A stretch of 63,155 nt of DNA, the filler included, from Octopus bimaculoides (Eukaryota), in NCBI RefSeq assembly GCF_001194135.2. It is 8 parts of 7 records of this genome, joined end to end, with 100 filler letters (N's around TTAATTAATTAA, not from the genome) between each part and the next. Parts side by side here need not be neighbours in the genome. Positions count along the whole stretch, not along the records: positions 26,227 to 42,658 come from NC_068991.1; positions 42,759 to 47,833 come from NC_068981.1; positions 47,934 to 52,938 come from NC_068984.1; positions 53,039 to 56,521 come from NC_069009.1; 4 more parts are not named here. One strand, written 5' to 3'. The stretch's first letter is position 1. Each line of letters opens with the position of its first letter. The position numbers and the translations under genes were made by a program. This document shows, piece by piece, positions 41,338 through 53,897 of the stretch. The notes under the pieces are model-generated. The model was not told the DNA's origin and did no database searches. It was given only the letters and a program-made list of their open reading frames with translations.

Positions 41338-42154
41338 TATATTTTACATCACCGCATACCATCTGCATATATATATATATATCAAATACTCTTCCACAAA
41401 CACTGCATATAAAATTTCCATATACATCTACGCATACAGTCGCATAAATCTCATATATATCACCTACGACCCGCATACATTTCATATATATGTATGATAT
41501 GCATTTTATACATTACTGGCATACGTTTCCACACACGCCTCACATTTTCCGCATAAATTTTACGTATATTTCTACACACATCTCTACATAATTTTCACAT
41601 ACATCTCCGCATACAACTGACAGGTATTTCTCATACATTTGACATATATCTCCCGTGTATATCACAAACATTTCATATATATTTCACACTAAATTCACAT
41701 TCATCATCGCATGCATGTCAAATACGTTATTCTACTCACTGTCTCACATGTATACGCATGCACGGGCATACACACACACACAGACATCATATTCATCGTA
41801 CAAAACATATCACAGATCAAATAACACACGAACCAACATGAATACCAGAGCGGGGTCGCTCTTTTCTCCTAGAAACAAGAACCAAATTTCCCTAAAATCG
41901 CACCTTATCATCTTCAATAAATAACACATTGGACACTACTTTTCAATGACCCCTTCAACATGGGATTGTTACGAATGGTATACGTTTGACCGCAGGATTC
42001 CTCGGCAAAGATACTACACTGCCTGAGGCTAAACAATAATAACAATGACATCAAAAACGCCATCTAATCCTGATTTGACCTGGCCGACCGCTGCACTTAC
42101 ACGTGTAAGGTTAAAAAAATATGCGAAAACAAAGAGGAAAGATGAAACAGCACA

Positions 42155-42260
42155 ATGAAGAAGAAGAAGAAGAAAAAGAAGAAGAAGAAGAAGAAGAAGA
42201 AGAAGAAGAAGAAGAAGAAGAAGAAGAAGAAGAAGAAGAAGAAGAAGAAGAAGAAGAAGA
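42155..42260. repeat. (GAA)n trinucleotide microsatellite
   Basis: More than 30 GAA units, one interruption. Confidence 0.97.
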
Positions 42261-42621
42261 GAGGGAGGAACGAAGGGAGTGTGCTGAGAAGCATGTATCT
42301 TGGATTATGGCAGGTATTAATGAACCACATCGATCGTTGTCTTATTAATTATAGAAAATATGGTTAATGTGGGTACGTCGTATAAAAGATATGCGATAAC
42401 TACATAGCTTATATATTTATGACTGCACAAGAGGTACTTGATATGTACTAGTGCAATCATACCCACCACTACCACGATCTCCCCTCACTCTCTCCTTTAA
42501 TATGTACATACATGCATATGCAAATACATACATGCATACACACATACACACCTACTTACCTGTCTAATCTATATAAATAACTTGATATAGATATAGGTAG
42601 GTAAGCGTGTGTATATGTGTG

Positions 42622-42658
<37 letters not shown>

Positions 42659-43029
42659 NNNNNNNNNNNNNNNNNNNNNNNNNNNNNNNNNNNNNNNNNN
42701 NNTTAATTAATTAANNNNNNNNNNNNNNNNNNNNNNNNNNNNNNNNNNNNNNNNNNNNATAGAAATGGGAGAAGCAATAGCGCCCCCCGACTGATAACCC
42801 CTCGAAAACATTGTTCTTATTGAAATACTGTTAACAAAATTTCAATGTTAATCAATAGTCATTTTTAAAGACTTTCATCAATCCACCTCCCCACTTGCAA
42901 ATATGCTGCCCCTGACAAACAAATGTTCATTGTTAGGCTGGGATTTACGGCGAGGTAGAAAAAGTCCTTTTGGTCAAATTTTCCCAAAATTCAATCTAAC
43001 ATGCTGTCCGCTATGACCTCCGAAGCCAC

Positions 43030-44820
43030 CTCGTCTTTTATGCTAATAATATGTCCAGTCCATCTCATTTAAGCCAAGATAATACGTTGTTCAATTGAGC
43101 TGCAACGTGACATGCGCACAACCTCTGTTTCTGACTCCTAAGATACGTCTGAGGCACTTTTGATGAAATCTGTCCGGCATTTTTATGTGACGCTTGTACG
43201 TGCTCCGTGTCTCACTTGAATAAAGAAGTGCAGACAATACACACGCTTTATAGACACTGATTTTTGTCTGCAGGAAAATACCTCTATCCACCCATACTCG
43301 CATTTTGAGCTTTCCAAATGCAACACTTCCCTTCCCTATTTGATAATATATCTCTGCATCAAGACTACCATCTCTTGACAGTGTGCTTCCTTAGTAAACA
43401 AAGGTGTCAACGACTTCTACCCTTGTTCAATTCATAAAACTGTTTGGTTCAGAATATGTTTGTCGTGGCACGGGAGTGAACATTACTTTGGTTTTTCCCA
43501 AACTAATTGTGAGTGCGAAATGTACACTTGTAGTGGAAAATCTGTCTATTAAATGTTGTATATCCCCCTCTGAGTGTGCCACCAAATCAACATCAACATA
43601 AAGTAATTCTCTAACAAGTATTTTGAAAGTCTTTGTTTTGTAGTTAAACCGGGTCAAATTAAAAATACGACCAGATGTCCGAAATCTGATTCCGATTCCC
43701 CTGTTGCAACCCTTGAAAGCATACCAACGTAATGCAGCAAAACAAATAGAGAAAGGAAAAGTGTAGAGTCAGGAATATCACCCTTTTTGACACCTTTGTC
43801 CATCAAAATTTCATGAGATAGCTCACCATTAAAGACTACCTGAGATTTCATGTTTCTGTGTTTTTCCTTTAAAATTCTCACAAAATGTTTTGGGCAACCA
43901 AGTTTACACAATTCAATTCACAGTGCCTCACTGTTTACCGTCTCAAATGCCTTAGTTAAATCTATGAAGTCCTGGTATAGTGGTATTTGTTCCTCTAACC
44001 ATTTCTCTTGAACCTGCTTCACACAAAATAGCATGTCCATTGTTCCTCGCTCTGGTCTGAAACCACACTGTTCTTCAGGAAGCACATGTGGACACACATT
44101 CTAAAAAACAAACAACAAACAAACGATCTAACATGATCCTTGAAAGTATCTTTCCGGTATGTGCCAGAAGAGTTATCCCTGTAAAATTACCACACATGAT
44201 CTCTGGTCCTTATTCTTGTATACAGAGATTAGAATGCCATTTATCCATTCTTGTGGTACAGAAAAATCATTCTGAACTCGAGTTATCGGGTTATGAATTT
44301 CAGATGATATATGATCCCCACCTGCTTTCAGAATTTCAACTGGAATACCATTCAATTCAGGAGCTTCACCTGATCTCAGTTTACATAATGCCAGATTTAC
44401 TTCTTCAATGGAGGTGTATCATCCATGTGTTGCACTATATCTTTTTGCGGAATGTTGTTTATGATATCCATGTTCACTACAGACGGATTGTGGAAGAGAT
44501 ATGCAACGTGTTGTCTCCATCTATTCATTATTCCAGTAGGATCTTTAATAACCTCATTTCCATCTTTCGACTTCAAGGAAACATATGATGATGAAGATTG
44601 CAGTCCAAAAGCTTGCAGAAATAAGCTATAGAAAATTTTAATGTCTTTCCTGTTATAGGCTGCCTGTACGTCCTCAGATAAATTTCTACACCAAGTGTCA
44701 TTAAACCTCCTGAGTTCTTTTTGCAACGGTGCTTTCTGAGACATGAACAACTTTTCTAGTTGCACTTTGTTCTTAACGTTTGTGTCAAGAAGCTTTTCAT
44801 GATTGGACCTCTTTGTTGCT
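43030..44820 (-). mobile_element. RTE-clade LINE, degraded ORF2
   Basis: Minus-strand fragments: GIPVEILKAGG, ELLYVDVDL, TKISVYKACVLSALLYSSET, RFHQKCLRRILG, RWTGHI. Many stops and frameshifts. Confidence 0.9.
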
Positions 44821-44854
44821 CGTATATGCATATATATGTAGATTTAGATATGCA

Positions 44855-44910
<56 letters not shown>

Positions 44911-44911
44911 A

Positions 44912-46378
44912 GCATGAATACGCGTGGCTTGGGGTCCCCTTGGAAACAAGGGTACCTCTTAAACGACATAAAGTCACACGAATTAGAAATCATAGCTATA
45001 AGTGAAACCAGACTCCATAATCCCCGGCCCTAAAGTCCATATTTAGCGGACAGTTTAACATTTACCTTTCTCCCTGTTTGCCGAGAATGGGTGGCAGTGG
45101 CACAGCGGTACTTTTTCAGAAAGGTCTGAATCTCAAAATAAAGACAAGATTCGTAGACCAGTAGGTCATACTGGTTGTTCTGTATGTCGACGGCAGCAAT
45201 GTGTGTGCTTTTCGACTCGTATCAATCTACGCACTGCCTTTAACAGGTCAGCTGGATTTCTTTTGACGTCTAGAAGTATTCTTAGGAACGTCTTGTCTTT
45301 TACTTTTAGTTGGGGGTTGGAATGCTACCTTGGACACGCTTCTAGAATACGTGGGCAAATACACTTTCAACTGTCTCGCAGGTACCGACTCGACAACTCG
45401 ATTGCACCAACGTGGACATGGAGCAACCACATTGGATCGTCGAGATCGTATCTACATAAGATACTGTGTAGGACAGTAGATAGAGATAGCATAGAGTGTC
45501 CACAATTCCACATAGCTACATGGATCATAAACTTGTGACATGTATGCTAGACTTAGATAAGAGGCATAGGCAGGGTCCCGGTTATTGGAAACTAAAAGCG
45601 TCTTTCTCGTCGGAGCAGGGTTTCAGAAACCGGATTAGCACGCTAGTAAAGAGGGCTTTGACGGTAATCATCATCAACAACAAATGGTGCTTTGCCTTCA
45701 ATAGAGCAATAAAATCAGAAGCGATTAGGTATAGCAAAGCACTACCGATAGATAGAAACATAGTAGAAGGCGACCTAGTTAAGACGCTAGAAGAGGCGAT
45801 TACATGTAGCATCGAATCGGATGTTTTGGCGGCGAGGTTGGCGCCCTCGATCAACACTTCAACGCCAAACACGCAGGGTGTGTTGTCAGGGCTAGGATGA
45901 GTGCTTTAAGGAACGAAGGTGTTGGCGCCGCGCGAGAAGTCCGGGTGGCGGAGGTGGAACATGGCAACAAAGTCTCCATTCGGTTTCCGACCTGTAGGCC
46001 TATGTCGAGCGACTGCTATCGCGTGTGGGATGAGTCAGTTTATCAACCGAGTCTATCGGTAATATTGTCGCGCCTCCTTCTTTGAAACGGGAGGGAAGAG
46101 CCATTTTCATCGTACTTGTTGGTATGGCGAAAGAATGTGTATGGTTGATGCGTCTGAAAGGTCTAGAGACAAACACTTTCCTCTCTAGTGAATCTCTTAT
46201 CAACTTCTTCAAGTATCATTTGAAGTGGAAGATGAGAGTAGGGAGGGAAGTTTTGTCGAGTGAATGTCTCAATAAAAGATGGGTGAATGTAGCAAGGATG
46301 GCACGTGTGATTGATGGAGCCACCTTGAGCATAATCCTAGGAGCCAGAAAGAGAAAAGAAAAAAGAAAGTTACTGTAA
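44912..46378 (+). mobile_element. L1/Tx1-like LINE relic (endonuclease region and internally deleted remainder)
   Basis: SYMDHKLVTC...GPGYWKLKAS is the end of an APE domain followed by the WKLN motif of L1/Tx1. Heavily mutated. Confidence 0.65.
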
Positions 46379-47672
46379 TGTGTTTTTTGCATAACATTAT
46401 TGCCTGAGGTTACCATGGTCTTTTCCTTAGGCTTTTCTTTCCACAGATAAACCTAATCTCTTTACCCTTTTACGTTATGACATTTCTGTGATAAACGATC
46501 CTTATTGATCACATTCTTCTTTTTTTTTTTCCTTTCACGATTCCTTTTGATCGAAATTATACCCCAATTTTTTTCTTCTTCACTTCCCAAAAAGATAATC
46601 TCTACTCTGTATTTTGTCCCCTCTATGTTCAACCAGTGTGGCTAACAAATAAATATCTATCTATCTATCTATCTAGATAGATAGATTGATATATATATAT
46701 ATANNNNNNNNNNNNNNNNNNNNNNNNNNNNNNNNNNNNNNNNNNNNNNNNNNNNNNNNNNNNNNNNNNNNNNNNNNNNNNNNNNNNNNNNNNNNNNNNN
46801 NNNNNNNNNNNNNNNNNNNNNNNNNNNNNNNNNNNNNNNNNNNNNNNNNNNNNNNNNNNNNNNNNNNNNNNNNNNNNNNNNNNNNNNNNTATACATATAT
46901 ATACATGTATGTATGTATGTATGTATGTATGTATGTATGTATGCATATATGTATGTATGCATGTATGCATGTATGTATGTATGTGTATATAAACAGTCTT
47001 AAATTGCATTGAAGGTATTCTCAACCATCAGAATGGAGCAACACGTAATTATGAAGGGAAAACTTAGATGTTTGAAAGTTTGGGATAGGTCAACTCGTAA
47101 GTCTCTGTCTCACAAGTCTCTATGTAGACACACACGCGCACACACACACACTTACACACACACACACGCACACACACATACGCACTCGCACATACACATA
47201 CTCGCGCGCACACACACTCGCTCGTCGGTTTGAACATATTGAAACAAAAAAAGAGAGTGGGTGAAAGAGGGAGAGTGAGAGATAGATAGAGAGACAGAGA
47301 GACAAAGAGACAGAGAGACAGAGAGAGAGAAAGAAAGAAATGGAGACAAAGATATCAAAGCGAATAGAAGAGTAAGGCTATCTTTTAGGACGTGAAGCTA
47401 AAGGGTTAATGTGGGATTACGAAACAAAATATTTTAATAACAGTTGCCAAGAAATATGTCAGTTATATGAAAGAGTTATAGGAATAATTAGTTGAAGAAT
47501 GCACTCAATTGCAAGGCAGGGATAGGAAAGTTTGCATTATATAGTGTTGAAAAATGAATATCGTATTCAAACAGTTTCTGATCTTTGACTTGAATCAGTT
47601 AATTTTACTACGTAAATAATTTACAGCACGTCTATACATGATACATACACGCACGTATACCTACCAACCTGC

Positions 47673-47763
<91 letters not shown>

Positions 47764-47933
47764 CCAACCTACCTGCCACCCTCCTTCCCTCACATTCTCT
47801 CTCTACCTATCTACATACCTACCTGCCTACATGNNNNNNNNNNNNNNNNNNNNNNNNNNNNNNNNNNNNNNNNNNNNTTAATTAATTAANNNNNNNNNNN
47901 NNNNNNNNNNNNNNNNNNNNNNNNNNNNNNNNN

Positions 47934-48185
47934 TGAAAGTATTTGACATGAGTGTTTTTGTTTCACTTTTGACACGTAATACTTAAATAGTGGAGGAGAT
48001 ATTATGTTGCCGTGTGCTCGAACTCTGCAAGAAGTTAATAATTTTTTTTGACTAAAACACAACTGGAACCCTAAGTAAGGCATGTGTAAAATTTGAATGA
48101 AATTGGTTGCGTAGTTCTCGAGTTTTAGGGATTCACACAGACAGACAGACAGACAGACACACATTCTCATTTTTATATATATAGA
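47934..48185 (-). mobile_element. Non-autonomous Helitron 5' part with (CTGT)n
   Basis: Minus strand begins A|TCTATATATATAAAAATGAGAATGTGTGTCTGTCTG, a canonical TC terminus. Confidence 0.65.
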
Positions 48186-48879
48186 TGTAAAAATACAGAA
48201 GAAAATTCTTGCCCAAGGTGCTGCGGAGTGGGACGGAACCCAGAACCATTTAGTTGGGAGATAAACTTCAAACCGCATAGTCACAACTGCGCCTAAATAC
48301 AATATTGGCTCAAGTTGTATCTTAACTCAGAAACGAGATTAAATCCTTGATTTCTTATTTAAAAACAGAGCCAAATGGGGTGAAATGCTGGCGGTGGTGC
48401 GACAGCGTTTCGTTTCGTTCCGCCTTACGAATTTTAATACAAATTCAGTCTAAATAGTTTAGGTTATGTCCCTTAGCACTTAAATCGATGGGGGTTATTT
48501 CCCTTGCACAGCACCGCATGACCTCGTTGTTGATAGGCTCTGAGGAAGTAAGAAATAACGATGATGTAAACAGATCTTACACACACACACACACACACGG
48601 CCTCGCTTGGTTCGGTGTGTGTATGTGTGCGTGTGGGTGGAGGCTTAAAAATTTTATATCTTAGCAATGGACCACGCATGTGTTACTTCCAGATCTTCAA
48701 AATCATAAAATGTGTTTCTGGAGAGAAAATATTGAAAAACATAAATATATGTGAGAGTAACAAAGAAACGAGGAAGGTGGTCGTGGGATGTGCTAGAAAC
48801 AACAGCCAAATCTCCCTTAAATCACACACCTTTTCGTCTGAAAATATTTACATTTTTTTTTAAAAACAAAAGGGTGGTA

Positions 48880-49405
48880 CTACTAAAGCAGCGCGGACTC
48901 GAACGCGCAGTCGCGCGTCCGCGCTAGCTAGTCTTGAGTGGTCGATCCTAACCCTAACCCTAACCCTAACCCGCGTGTGCAAATGAATACGTGTTTAGCG
49001 TTAGGGTTAGGGTTNNNNNNNNNNNNNNNNNNNNNNNNNNNNNNNNNNNNNNNNNNNNNNNNNNNNNNNNNNNNNNNNNNNNNNNNNNNNNNNNNNNNNN
49101 NNNNNNNNNNNNNNNNNNNNNNNNNNNNNNNNNNNNNNNNNNNNNNNNNNNNNNNNNNNNNNNNNNNNNNNNNNNNNNNNNNNNNNNNNNNNNNNNNNNN
49201 NNNNNNNNNNNNNNNNNNNNNNNNNNAAAAAAAAAAAAAAAAAAAATCATAATTTTTCTTCATAAAAAGATGCTGTCCATCCCGCGTCATTTCAAAGGCC
49301 GTGGTGAAAGCATAATTGAAAATTCCTCTTCAAAACGGGAAAATTCCAATTTATGTAGGTGTCCTGATCTGAAAGTCTGTCCATTTTTCTTTATATATAT
49401 AGTTC
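48880..49405 (-). mobile_element. Candidate Helitron-like element containing telomere-type repeats
   Basis: Minus-strand CTATATATATAAAG head at about 49403, GC-rich 9-bp hairpin agcgcggac/gtccgcgct (48890-48925) near the other end, and (CCCTAA)n/(TTAGGG)n inside. Centre is a gap. Confidence 0.4.
48947..49014. repeat. Interstitial telomere-type repeats, (CCCTAA)n then (TTAGGG)n
   Basis: cctaaccctaaccctaaccctaaccc, a spacer of about 25 nt, then ttagcgttagggttagggtt running into a gap. Confidence 0.9.
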
Positions 49406-49744
49406 CTTGTAGCAGTTATATTTGCTTAATCTAATTTTTTTTTTGCTTCTCTCTCTCTGGTAATCTTTCTCAGAGAAACTGACCACAGCTTTATCTAAAA
49501 ACTGCAAAGTTCTTGCTATTTCATTAGTTATTAAAATTTGTGATAATTCTACATCTTTTAGTCATCTCTTGTTTTCGTCAACACAGAGCTGTTTCATCTT
49601 CATGAGATTCTCATAAGATATTTCATCGCCAAGTAACTCTAAAACATCTTCCTCCCAAACCAAAAAATTCTTGAAGAACATTTTGTATTGGATCTTTAAA
49701 ACCCAGCATGTCTAAAATGCAAACATGCAGTCGGGATATGTCAT

Positions 49745-49965
49745 GTGAAAAGCATTGGTGATGGTGCCACATAAAAAGCACTGGTGATGGTGCCACGGTG
49801 CCACACAGAAGCACTGGTACTGGTGCCACATAAAAAGCACTAGTGGTGGTGCCATGTAAAAACCAGTGGCGCTGGTGTCATGTAAAAAAACACTGGTGAT
49901 GGTGCCACATAAAAATCAATGGTGCCGGTGCCACAGAAAAAGCAATGGTGCCACAGAAAAAACAC
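49745..49965 (+). repeat. Minisatellite of about 26-bp units at the 5' side of a family E element
   Basis: Eight to nine degenerate copies of gcactggtgatggtgccacataaaaa. Confidence 0.85.
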
Positions 49966-51814
49966 CTAGAACAGTCTGTTAAAAGTGGTTGGTGTTAGGA
50001 AAACCATGCCAAAACAGACAATGGAACCTGGTGCAGCTCCTGTCGAACTGTCCAACCCATGCCAGCATGGAAAATGGACATCAAATGGTGATGATGATTC
50101 TGGTAGGGGTTGTTTTCATTTTTCACCATGCTTCTATGAAATTCCTACCTAGTGTTAGTTTGTCTCAATAAGGTCTCTGAAGAGTAGCATCTGTAGGGTT
50201 CTGAATGAAATAGAAATGCCGAAAATATAAGCCCTTACAAGTTTCTAAAATATTCATTCATTTTTATACCCATTTTGTTCAAACAGACCAGATCCAGCCT
50301 TTCACACCCATCCTACAATGACATTTTATAAATAATATTCAGACCATTCAAATTGCAAAGCTATAAGATTATACATGATTAATTCAAAATGATATGAATA
50401 AATAAGCTTTACATTTCACAGAGTAATCTGAGCACTAAAAGGTTAAAGTATGCTTTTATGTCAAGTTACATATAAAAACAATTTAACATTAGACTGAAGA
50501 ATTACTCAATACTTTTTAGTAGAGTACATCATCATCGTTTAACGTCCGCTTTCCCTGCTAGCATGGGTTGGACGATTTGACTGACGACTGGTGAACCAGA
50601 TGGTTACACCAGACTCCAATCTGATCTGGCAGGATTTCTACAGCTAGATGCCCTTCCTAACGCCAACCACTCTGAGAGTGTAGTGGGTGCTTTTACATGC
50701 CACTGGCACGAGGGCCAGTCAGGCAGTACTGGCAATCTATTAAATTTTATAAGGAAAAATCTTTTCCTTGTAAAAGTTGATGTGTGTGTGTGTGAGCAAA
50801 CGCACATGTAGAACACTGGATTTTAGCTTCACCTTTAACCTCAGATATTTGTAAAGATTTAGATATTGGAATGTGGGTTTGTTGAAGCATATCACTAACA
50901 ACTTTGTCAGGAGTGCTACATTATTTTCCAGTGATAAATCTAGATACAGGCAAATAAAAAAATCGCTTTATCTAGAGTCACAATACAATGTCTGTTATGT
51001 GATCATAAGACCTGCTATAAAGAACAGCCAAATCTCACTCGAATCACACTATATCATCTCAAATAAGAACAAATACATTAGACAAGGCACTGTTGATACA
51101 CACACAAACATGTTGGTCATGACTGGAATGTCTTCTAGTTCTTTTCAGTCAGGGCTGATCAAGGGTTAAGCAACAATAACAACACCACACTGACTGTTAA
51201 GACAATGAGAAAGAGCACTTCCACATAGTCGCCTGGCTTACTAGAAGTAGCAGCTAAATCTCCTTCAAATAACTTTTGACTATTAAAAAAAAGGAGCAGA
51301 ATAGATATGCAAGGCAGTGAGCTGGCAGAATAGTATGGTGGACAAAATGCTAAGCAGTATTTCTACTGACTCTTTACATTATGAGTTCAAATCTGACCAC
51401 GGTCAACTTTGCCTTTCATCACTTTTGAGGTCAATAAAATACAGTACCAGTCTAGTACTGGGGGTTGATGTAATGACCTTGCTCCCTCCCCTCAAAACTG
51501 ACTTGAAACCTGCAATAAACCAACATCCCACTCTGTCGTTAAGTGTTTGGAGTGAAGACACACACACATACATATATGCCAGGGGCTTCCACACGGTTTC
51601 TGTCTACCAAATTTACTCAATGCATTGGTTGGCCTGGGGCAACTTTCCCAAGGTGCCACATGGTGGGCCTGAACCCAAAACCATGTGGTTGCAAAGCAAG
51701 CTTCTTAACTACACAGCTATGTCTGTGCAAAAGATTCAAAGATTCTTACAACGGAAGGTTAGGATTTAATGTTTTATGATTTCAGCACAAGGCTAGCAAT
51801 TTTAAAGGGAGGAT

Positions 51815-52140
51815 TGTGATCGATGCCAGGTCTGCCGAACTGGCTCCTGTGCTGGTGGGACGTAAAAAGCACCAACTGAATGTAGTCAATGCTAGTAACC
51901 CCAGACTGGCTCCCATGCCGGTGGCATGTAAAAATCACCATCCGAACATGGTCAATGCCAGGTCTACCTGACTGGCTCTCATGCTGGTGGCACATAAGAA
52001 GCACCAACTGATCATGGCTGATGCCAGTACTCCCTCCCCAACTGGCTCCGGTGGCATGTAAAAAGCACCATACGAACGTGATCGATGCCAGGCCCGCCTG
52101 ATTGGCTCCTGTGCCGGTGGCACATAAAAAAGCATCCACT
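51815..52140 (+). repeat. Five tandem units of about 65 bp within a family E element
   Basis: Repeats of gatcgatgccagg...actggctcctgtgccggtggcacataaaaagcacc with alternating variants. Confidence 0.85.
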
Positions 52141-52419
52141 ACACTCTCGGAGTGGTTGGCATTAGGAAGGGCATCCAGCTGTAGAAACATTGCCAGATCA
52201 GTTTGGAACCTGGTGCAGCCGCTGGCTCACCAGACCTCAGTCAAACCGTCCAACACATGCCAGCATGGAAAACAGACGTTAAACGATGATGATGATGGCC
52301 TTAGTCAACACTATGAATTCTTGTACTCAATAGGTACCTTACTTCATTGACCCTGAAAACACAAAAGGCAAAGTTGACCTAGGTAGGGTTTGAACACTGA
52401 ATGTAAAGAGGCAGAATTA

Positions 52420-52578
52420 CCGTATTTTAACGTGTATAAGGAACCCTCTAATTTTGGGGGCTTAAAATTTGGAAAAATGGTTTTGTAAGGGATTATACTA
52501 TCCACATAGAAGAAACTCCCATATATTTTTAACCTAATTTTTGACAAAAATGGATTCCTTATACACGTTAAAATACGG
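52420..52578. mobile_element. 159-bp MITE (Tc1/pogo superfamily) with TA target-site duplication
   Basis: TIR CCGTATTTTAACGTGTATAAGGAA ... TTCCTTATACACGTTAAAATACGG, flanked by TA (52418-19 and 52579-80). Splits a SINE. Confidence 0.9.
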
Positions 52579-53279
52579 TAATACTGCCAGCTATTTGTCT
52601 GATGCTACAACAATTCTGAATGATATGGTCTAAAGATGAACACATTAAACAATGTAGTCTCAGGTGGATTTGTATGAAAAGAGTTTTAAACTTGTTATAA
52701 TTGCATTTGCTTCATGATTATCATTTAAAATATCACTCAATCACTATACTGAATTAGATGTAATAAATGATCATATTTTAAAGATCACTGCCTCACCCGG
52801 GCAGTGGAGTTTTTTTTTAAGGCGGTGCTCCAGCATGACCGCAGTCAAATGACTGAAACAAGCAAAAGAATAAAAGAATTGTACAAACACATACACACAA
52901 AACACTTTAACCTCAGGGTAAGTATCAACCCATCTAGANNNNNNNNNNNNNNNNNNNNNNNNNNNNNNNNNNNNNNNNNNNNTTAATTAATTAANNNNNN
53001 NNNNNNNNNNNNNNNNNNNNNNNNNNNNNNNNNNNNNNGTAAGTTATTTTTGTGTGCCATCTCCTGTCATTTTCCATGGGTTTCATATTTTCTGTGCTCC
53101 CTGGACTCGGTTTATACCTGCAGTACAGGTTGTGTGGTTCGGAAACTTGCTACCTGACCAATGCGGCCTTGGATTCTGTCCCACTGCGTGACACTTCCTG
53201 GGCAAGCATCTTCTATTTTAGTGCCAGCGCCAACCAAAATCTTGTAAGTGGATTTGGTGGACATAAGCTGGAAGAAGCC

Positions 53280-53590
53280 CATTGTATATATGGCTGTGAG
53301 GTAAGAAGCTTGCTTCCCAACCACATGGTTCCAGGTTCAGTACCACTGGGTGGCACCTTAGGCAAGTTTCATCTACTATAGCCTTGGGCCAACCAAAGCC
53401 TTGGTAGATAGAAAATGAAAGAAGCCTGTTGTTTGTGTGTGTGTGTGTGTATTTATGTATATATTTGTGTGTGTGTGTGTGTCAGTGTATCTGTGTTGAC
53501 CCCTCACCATTGCTTGACAACTGATGTTGGTGTGGTTACATCCCCGTAACGTAAAGGCTCAGCCAAGAGACCAATAGAATAAGTACTAGG
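53280..53590 (+). mobile_element. SINE family A copy
   Basis: ggctgtgaggtaagaagcttgcttcccaaccacatggttccaggttcag head and family A body. Confidence 0.8.
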
Positions 53591-53614
53591 ATTACAGAAA
53601 GTAAGGGATATATG

Positions 53615-53897
53615 AAAATAATAATAATTGCCATATTACTAAGATCATAGCTATTGCTATACCTGGAGATGCATGCATAGGTGACAAAGAGCTAGAAAAA
53701 GAGCTAAAAGGTAAAATTACTAGAATGTGGCCTATGAAGAGAGTAACTGTTATCCCAGTAGTTGTAGAAGCAATGAGAGCACTGACATCCAATCCTGAGG
53801 CATATGTCATAGAAATTGGAATTGATTTGAGGGTAGAGCATGCCCCAAAAGCTGTTCTGTTGGGGACAGCTAGGATTTTGAGGTCGGGTTTGGGTGT
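53615..53897 (+). mobile_element. R4/Dong-clade non-LTR retrotransposon 3' end (restriction-like endonuclease)
   Basis: IAIPGDA.IGDKELEK...ITRMWPMKRVTVIPVVVEAM.AL...KAVLLGTARILRS is typical of the R4-clade C-terminus. Confidence 0.8.

Noticed and set aside
48947-49014. Chromosome end-to-end fusion scar
   Set aside because: A fusion gives (TTAGGG)n then (CCCTAA)n; here the order is reversed and the arrays are very short.
49745-49965. Short regularly spaced repeats resembling a CRISPR array
   Set aside because: Eukaryotic context, contiguous degenerate units without unique spacers, and no cas genes.
53625-53636. (TAA)n next to the R4-like fragment as a Dong-type target site
   Set aside because: The repeat reads in frame as part of the element's own N-rich stretch before C..I.IAIPGD, and there is no matching repeat at the 3' flank.
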